From assembly GCA_965283875.1 (NCBI GenBank), contig CBDIQC010000002.1:189839-253838 (forward strand): a stretch of DNA of 64,000 nt, in the 5' to 3' direction. This stretch comes from an uncultured Elusimicrobia bacterium. Lineage in GTDB: Bacteria > Elusimicrobiota > Elusimicrobia > UBA1565 > UBA9628. The notes below the pieces were generated by a model. It ran no database searches. It saw only the letters and a program-made list of their open reading frames with translations, and was not told the origin of the DNA. Of this stretch, positions 61,004 to 64,000 are shown piece after piece (within the stretch, counting starts at the first letter, position 1; each line of letters begins with the position of its first letter). The position numbers were made by a program, and so were the translations under genes.

Positions 61004-61353
61004 GGACGTACCGCGGGCGCGTCGTGAAGGGCGCTCGCGTCGGCCGCAAACTCGGCTTCCCGACGGCCAATATCAGCCTGAAGACCCATCCGCCGCGCGG
61101 CGTCTGGAAGGTCGAAGTCACGGGGAGCACCATCGGCACGCGTGTGGGCGCTTGCAACGTGGGCGTGCGCCCGACCATCGGCGGCCTGAAATTGGTCACC
61201 GAGGTTCATATCCCCGGTTACCGAGGCGATTTATACGGCCGGACCCTCACCCTTCGCTTCGTGAAAAAAATACGCGCCGAGAAGAAGTTCGCGTCCTTGT
61301 CCGCGTTGCGCGCTCAGATTCGCCGCGACGTCGCGGCTGTCGCGGGCCGCTGA
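61000..61353 (+). CDS. Stand-alone riboflavin kinase domain protein (RibF C-terminal domain only)
   Basis: The GTG at 61000 forms a GTGA overlap with the truB stop. Motifs: GRVVKGARVGRKLGFPTANI...VEVHIPGYRGDLYGRTLTLRFVKKIRAEKKFASLSALRAQIRRD. I see no FMN adenylyltransferase domain in any frame. Confidence 0.8.
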   Translation: MRTYRGRVVKGARVGRKLGFPTANISLKTHPPRGVWKVEVTGSTIGTRVGACNVGVRPTIGGLKLVTEVHIPGYRGDLYGRTLTLRFVKKIRAEKKFASLSALRAQIRRDVAAVAGR

Positions 61354-61411
61354 CCTCAAACGGCCGCCCCCTCCCCTGTCCTCCGCCGTCCCGACGTGCT
61401 AAAATAGCGGC

Positions 61412-61636
61412 ATGACCCTCAACCAGGACGGGAACGTGATCGGGCGCGTGGGCGCGTTGGCCGTCATCGTGTTGACCTTGTGGGGCGTGCAGCGCATCAA
61501 CGCGGGCAAGTTCACGATGTGCCCCACCGGCAAGGACAAGGCCGGCTCGTCTTGCTGCATGACCGAGGGCAAAACCGAAGCCCCCGCCGAAGCCGCCGCT
61601 ACGCCCGCTCCTGCCGCGACGCCAGCCAAGCATTAA
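61412..61636 (+). CDS. Hypothetical 74-aa membrane protein with a CPTG...CC motif
   Basis: TGCTAAAAT ends 6 nt before the ATG. GC3 is very high. The TM helix is VGALAVIVLTLWGV and the Cys motif is MCPTGKDKAGSSCCM. The 3' end overlaps potC convergently by 38 nt. Confidence 0.5.
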   Translation: MTLNQDGNVIGRVGALAVIVLTLWGVQRINAGKFTMCPTGKDKAGSSCCMTEGKTEAPAEAAATPAPAATPAKH

Positions 61637-62381
61637 GCGCGACCAGGCCTAAGGTCGCGGCCAGCAGGCACACCGAGAGGGCGTTGATCTCGGGCGTCAC
61701 GCCGAACTTCATCATCGAATACACCTTGATGGGCATCGTCACGATGCCGATGCCGGTGACGAAGAAGCTGATGACGAAGTCCTCGAAGCTCACGGTGAAG
61801 GCGAGCAACGCGCCCGAGAGCACCGCCGGCATGGCCAGCGGCAAGGTCACCTTCCAGAACGCCTGCCACTCGGTCGCGCCCAGGTCCATGGCCGCGTCCT
61901 CCAGGTTGGCGTCGCCGATGGATTTCAGCCGGGCGCGGATGCTGCCGACGGTGTAGGGCAGGCAGATCAGCGCGTGGGAGCAGGCCAGGGCCCCGAAGTT
62001 CAGCTCGAAGCCGGCGCGCACGAGGAAGCTCAGGATGCCGACGCCGAGCGCGACCTCGGGCATCATCAGCGGCACGTTGAGCAAAGCGCCGTACAGGCTT
62101 TTGCCGGGGAAGGGCTTGTGGCGCACCATGGCGTAGGCCGCGAGCAGCCCCAGCACCGAGGCGATGGCCGCGGCCGACGCGGCGAGCTCGAGGGAGGTCA
62201 ACATCGCCTTCATCAGCTCCGCGTCCGAGAAAAGCACCCCGTACCACTTGAGGGTGAAGCCCTTCCAGACCACGTTGCGCCGCGCGTCGTTGAAGGAGAA
62301 GACGAACATGACGACGAGCGGCAGGTAGAGAAAGCCGTACAGGGCCGCGCAATAGGCCGACAGCCAGTTTCCCCGCCTCAC
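61599..62381 (-). CDS. potC: Polyamine-type ABC transporter permease (PotC-like)
   Basis: The GTG at 62381 forms a GTGA overlap with the potB stop. The gene has 260 codons, 6 TM helices and an EAA-like loop, DLGATEWQAFWKVTLP. Confidence 0.8.
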   Translation of the reverse strand: MRRGNWLSAYCAALYGFLYLPLVVMFVFSFNDARRNVVWKGFTLKWYGVLFSDAELMKAMLTSLELAASAAAIASVLGLLAAYAMVRHKPFPGKSLYGALLNVPLMMPEVALGVGILSFLVRAGFELNFGALACSHALICLPYTVGSIRARLKSIGDANLEDAAMDLGATEWQAFWKVTLPLAMPAVLSGALLAFTVSFEDFVISFFVTGIGIVTMPIKVYSMMKFGVTPEINALSVCLLAATLGLVALNAWLASRQERA

Positions 62382-63241
62382 GCGTCGGCCTCCCACTTCT
62401 GATAGACGCGCAGGCCCGCGACCAGGCCCGCGAGCAGGATGACGGTCAGCGCCGCGCCGAAGGGCCAGTCCTGGGCCATCAGGAACTGGTTGGAGATGAG
62501 GTTGCCGAGAAGGTAATAACGCGGCCCCCCCAGCAGCTCGGCGGTGATGAAGTCGCCCAGGCACGGGATAAACGTCAGCAGGCAGCCCGTGACCACGCCG
62601 GGCAAGGACAGCGGCAAGGTGACCTTGAGGAACGCCGTCCAGCGGCCCGCGCCGAGGTCGTAGGCGGCCTCCACCAGGGAGCGGGGCACCTTGTCGAGCG
62701 AGCCGTAAAGGGGCAGGACCATGAAGGGCAGGTAGAAATACACCAGGCCCAACACGACGGACGCGGGCGTGTAGAGGAAGCCGATGGGGCTGTTGAGGAA
62801 GCCGAGCTTGAGCAGGGCCGTGTTGAGCAGGCCTTCCTTGCCGAGCACGATCATCCAGGAGTAGAAGGCGACGAGGGTCGAGGACCAGAACGGGACCATG
62901 AGGCCGATGAGCAGGGCGTTTTTCCATTTGCCGGCGCGGAAAACGAGGAAGTAGGCCAGCGGGTAGCCCAAGAGCAGGCAGGTCGTCGTCGCGCAGCCCG
63001 CGAAGGCCAAGGTGCGCAGGAGGACCGGCAGATACTTCGCGTCGAAGGCGCGGCGATAGTTGTGCAGCCCCAGCTCCCAGACGATCTGGCCGTAGGTGCC
63101 GTTTTTGGCGAAGGACAGGAAAAACAGCGCCAGGGCCGGGATGACCAGGAACACGACGAGCCAGGCCGTCGTCGGCGCGAGCAGGAGGTGGCTGGCCAGC
63201 GGCCGGCGCCCGCCGAGCAGCCAGGACAGGGCCTTGGTCAC
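62378..63241 (-). CDS. potB: Polyamine-type ABC transporter permease (PotB-like)
   Basis: 287 aa with EAAYDLGAGRWTAFLKVTLP. Confidence 0.8.
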   Translation of the reverse strand: MTKALSWLLGGRRPLASHLLLAPTTAWLVVFLVIPALALFFLSFAKNGTYGQIVWELGLHNYRRAFDAKYLPVLLRTLAFAGCATTTCLLLGYPLAYFLVFRAGKWKNALLIGLMVPFWSSTLVAFYSWMIVLGKEGLLNTALLKLGFLNSPIGFLYTPASVVLGLVYFYLPFMVLPLYGSLDKVPRSLVEAAYDLGAGRWTAFLKVTLPLSLPGVVTGCLLTFIPCLGDFITAELLGGPRYYLLGNLISNQFLMAQDWPFGAALTVILLAGLVAGLRVYQKWEADA

Positions 63242-63242
63242 C

Positions 63243-64000
63243 TCAGGCGACCTTCACGTCGGCCCAGATCTGGTTCCACGTCTCGCTTTGCTCGCTGTCG
63301 AGCACGTGGTGCAGCGAAAGCTGCTTCATGAGTTTGGGCGGCGGATAAACCCGCGGGTCGGTGAGCAGCGCCTTCTCGACGAACCGGTGCGCCTTCTCGT
63401 TGGGCGTGGCGTAACGCACGTGGTTGGCGATGCCCGCGCCCACCTCGGGCTCGAGCATGTAGTCGATGAGACGCAAGGTGTCCTCGCGGTGGCTGGAGCC
63501 GCGCATGATGGCCAGGCAATCGACCCACATGTACGTGCCTTCCTTCGGAAGGACGTAATCCAGATCGGGGTTGTCGCGCGCGGCCTGGAACAGGTCGCCC
63601 GACCAGGTCATCGCGAGGTCGATCTCGCCGGCGACGAGGCTGTTGAGGTAGGACGCGGAGCTGTACTGCTTCACCAGGGGCTTCTGCTTGATGAGCAGCT
63701 CGCGGACCTTGTCGAAGTCGCGCGGGTCCTTGGTGGTCTGGTCGATCTTGAGCAGCTGCATGGCGACCGAGATGCAGTCGCGCACGTTGTCGAGCATCGA
63801 GATGCGGTCCTTATATTTCTCGTCCCACAGGTCCCACCAGGAGTCGGGCGCCTTCTTGAAGCGTTTGCGGTTGAAGGCGATGCCGGTGGTCCCCCACAGG
63901 TAGGGCACCGTGGTCTCGTCGGGGTCGTAGATGGGGCGGCGGAAACGCGTCGCCAGGTTGTCGAGGTTCTTGAGCGCCCCCGAGGGCACGGGGTCGATGA
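63243..64000 (-). CDS. potD: Spermidine/putrescine-type periplasmic substrate-binding protein, C-terminal part (the start is beyond the window end)
   Basis: PYLWGTTGIAFNRKRF, ISMLDNVRD and WSGD are typical of the PotD/PotF family. The ORF is open to the window edge. Confidence 0.8.
   Translation of the reverse strand, partial: IDPVPSGALKNLDNLATRFRRPIYDPDETTVPYLWGTTGIAFNRKRFKKAPDSWWDLWDEKYKDRISMLDNVRDCISVAMQLLKIDQTTKDPRDFDKVRELLIKQKPLVKQYSSASYLNSLVAGEIDLAMTWSGDLFQAARDNPDLDYVLPKEGTYMWVDCLAIMRGSSHREDTLRLIDYMLEPEVGAGIANHVRYATPNEKAHRFVEKALLTDPRVYPPPKLMKQLSLHHVLDSEQSETWNQIWADVKVA

Overview
This is a high-GC bacterial chromosome segment, roughly 70% GC by hand counts on sample 60-mers. I found no rRNA, tRNA, CRISPR array, transposase or integrase. 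From 1 to 15447 every gene is on the minus strand. It holds the start of the dcw cluster (mraZ, rsmH, a 62-codon ORF, a seven-hairpin array, ftsL, ftsI, murE). It continues with a peptidase-MA-like protein, rsmG and mnmG, membrane and MFS proteins, and the rpmH-rnpA-yidD-yidC-jag-mnmE block. From 15474 onward most genes are on the plus strand: acs, a membrane protein followed by a subclass-B1-like metallo-beta-lactamase, and recO-glyQ-glyS. A low-GC island of about 3.6 kb (23.6-27.3 kb) carries VOC and DUF1801 genes plus three orphan genes, one with an Rx4H HEPN-type motif. After it come a large TPR protein, nadE, a pilin-like/lipoprotein/PilZ operon, secreted orphans and a fragmented coiled-coil locus. 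Next are wecB-gmd, a lytic transglycosylase, an RmlD-like reductase, and rpsB-tsf-pyrH-frr-uppS-cdsA-dxr-rseP-proS. The window ends with a tyrosinase-like protein, an MFS-like protein, rimP-nusA-infB-rbfA-truB plus a stand-alone riboflavin kinase, and potD-potB-potC. The best leads are listed here. (1) A tandem array of seven hairpins inside the dcw operon has an invariant loop, covarying stems, and G.U pairs only in the sense of the operon transcript. (2) The low-GC island carries an orphan HEPN-motif gene pair and an inverted-repeat-flanked AACGG-repeat element. (3) A recurrent leaderless layout places a -10 box 6-8 nt before the start codon at eight or more genes. (4) A MITE-like or structured element lies between uppS and cdsA. 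(5) A promoter plus intrinsic terminator forms a leader in front of rimP-nusA-infB. One major caveat applies: many genes show reading-frame breaks, and most that I could resolve sit at short G/C homopolymers. That pattern suggests consensus errors in the assembly rather than biology. All domain calls come from motifs read by eye; no database search was run.
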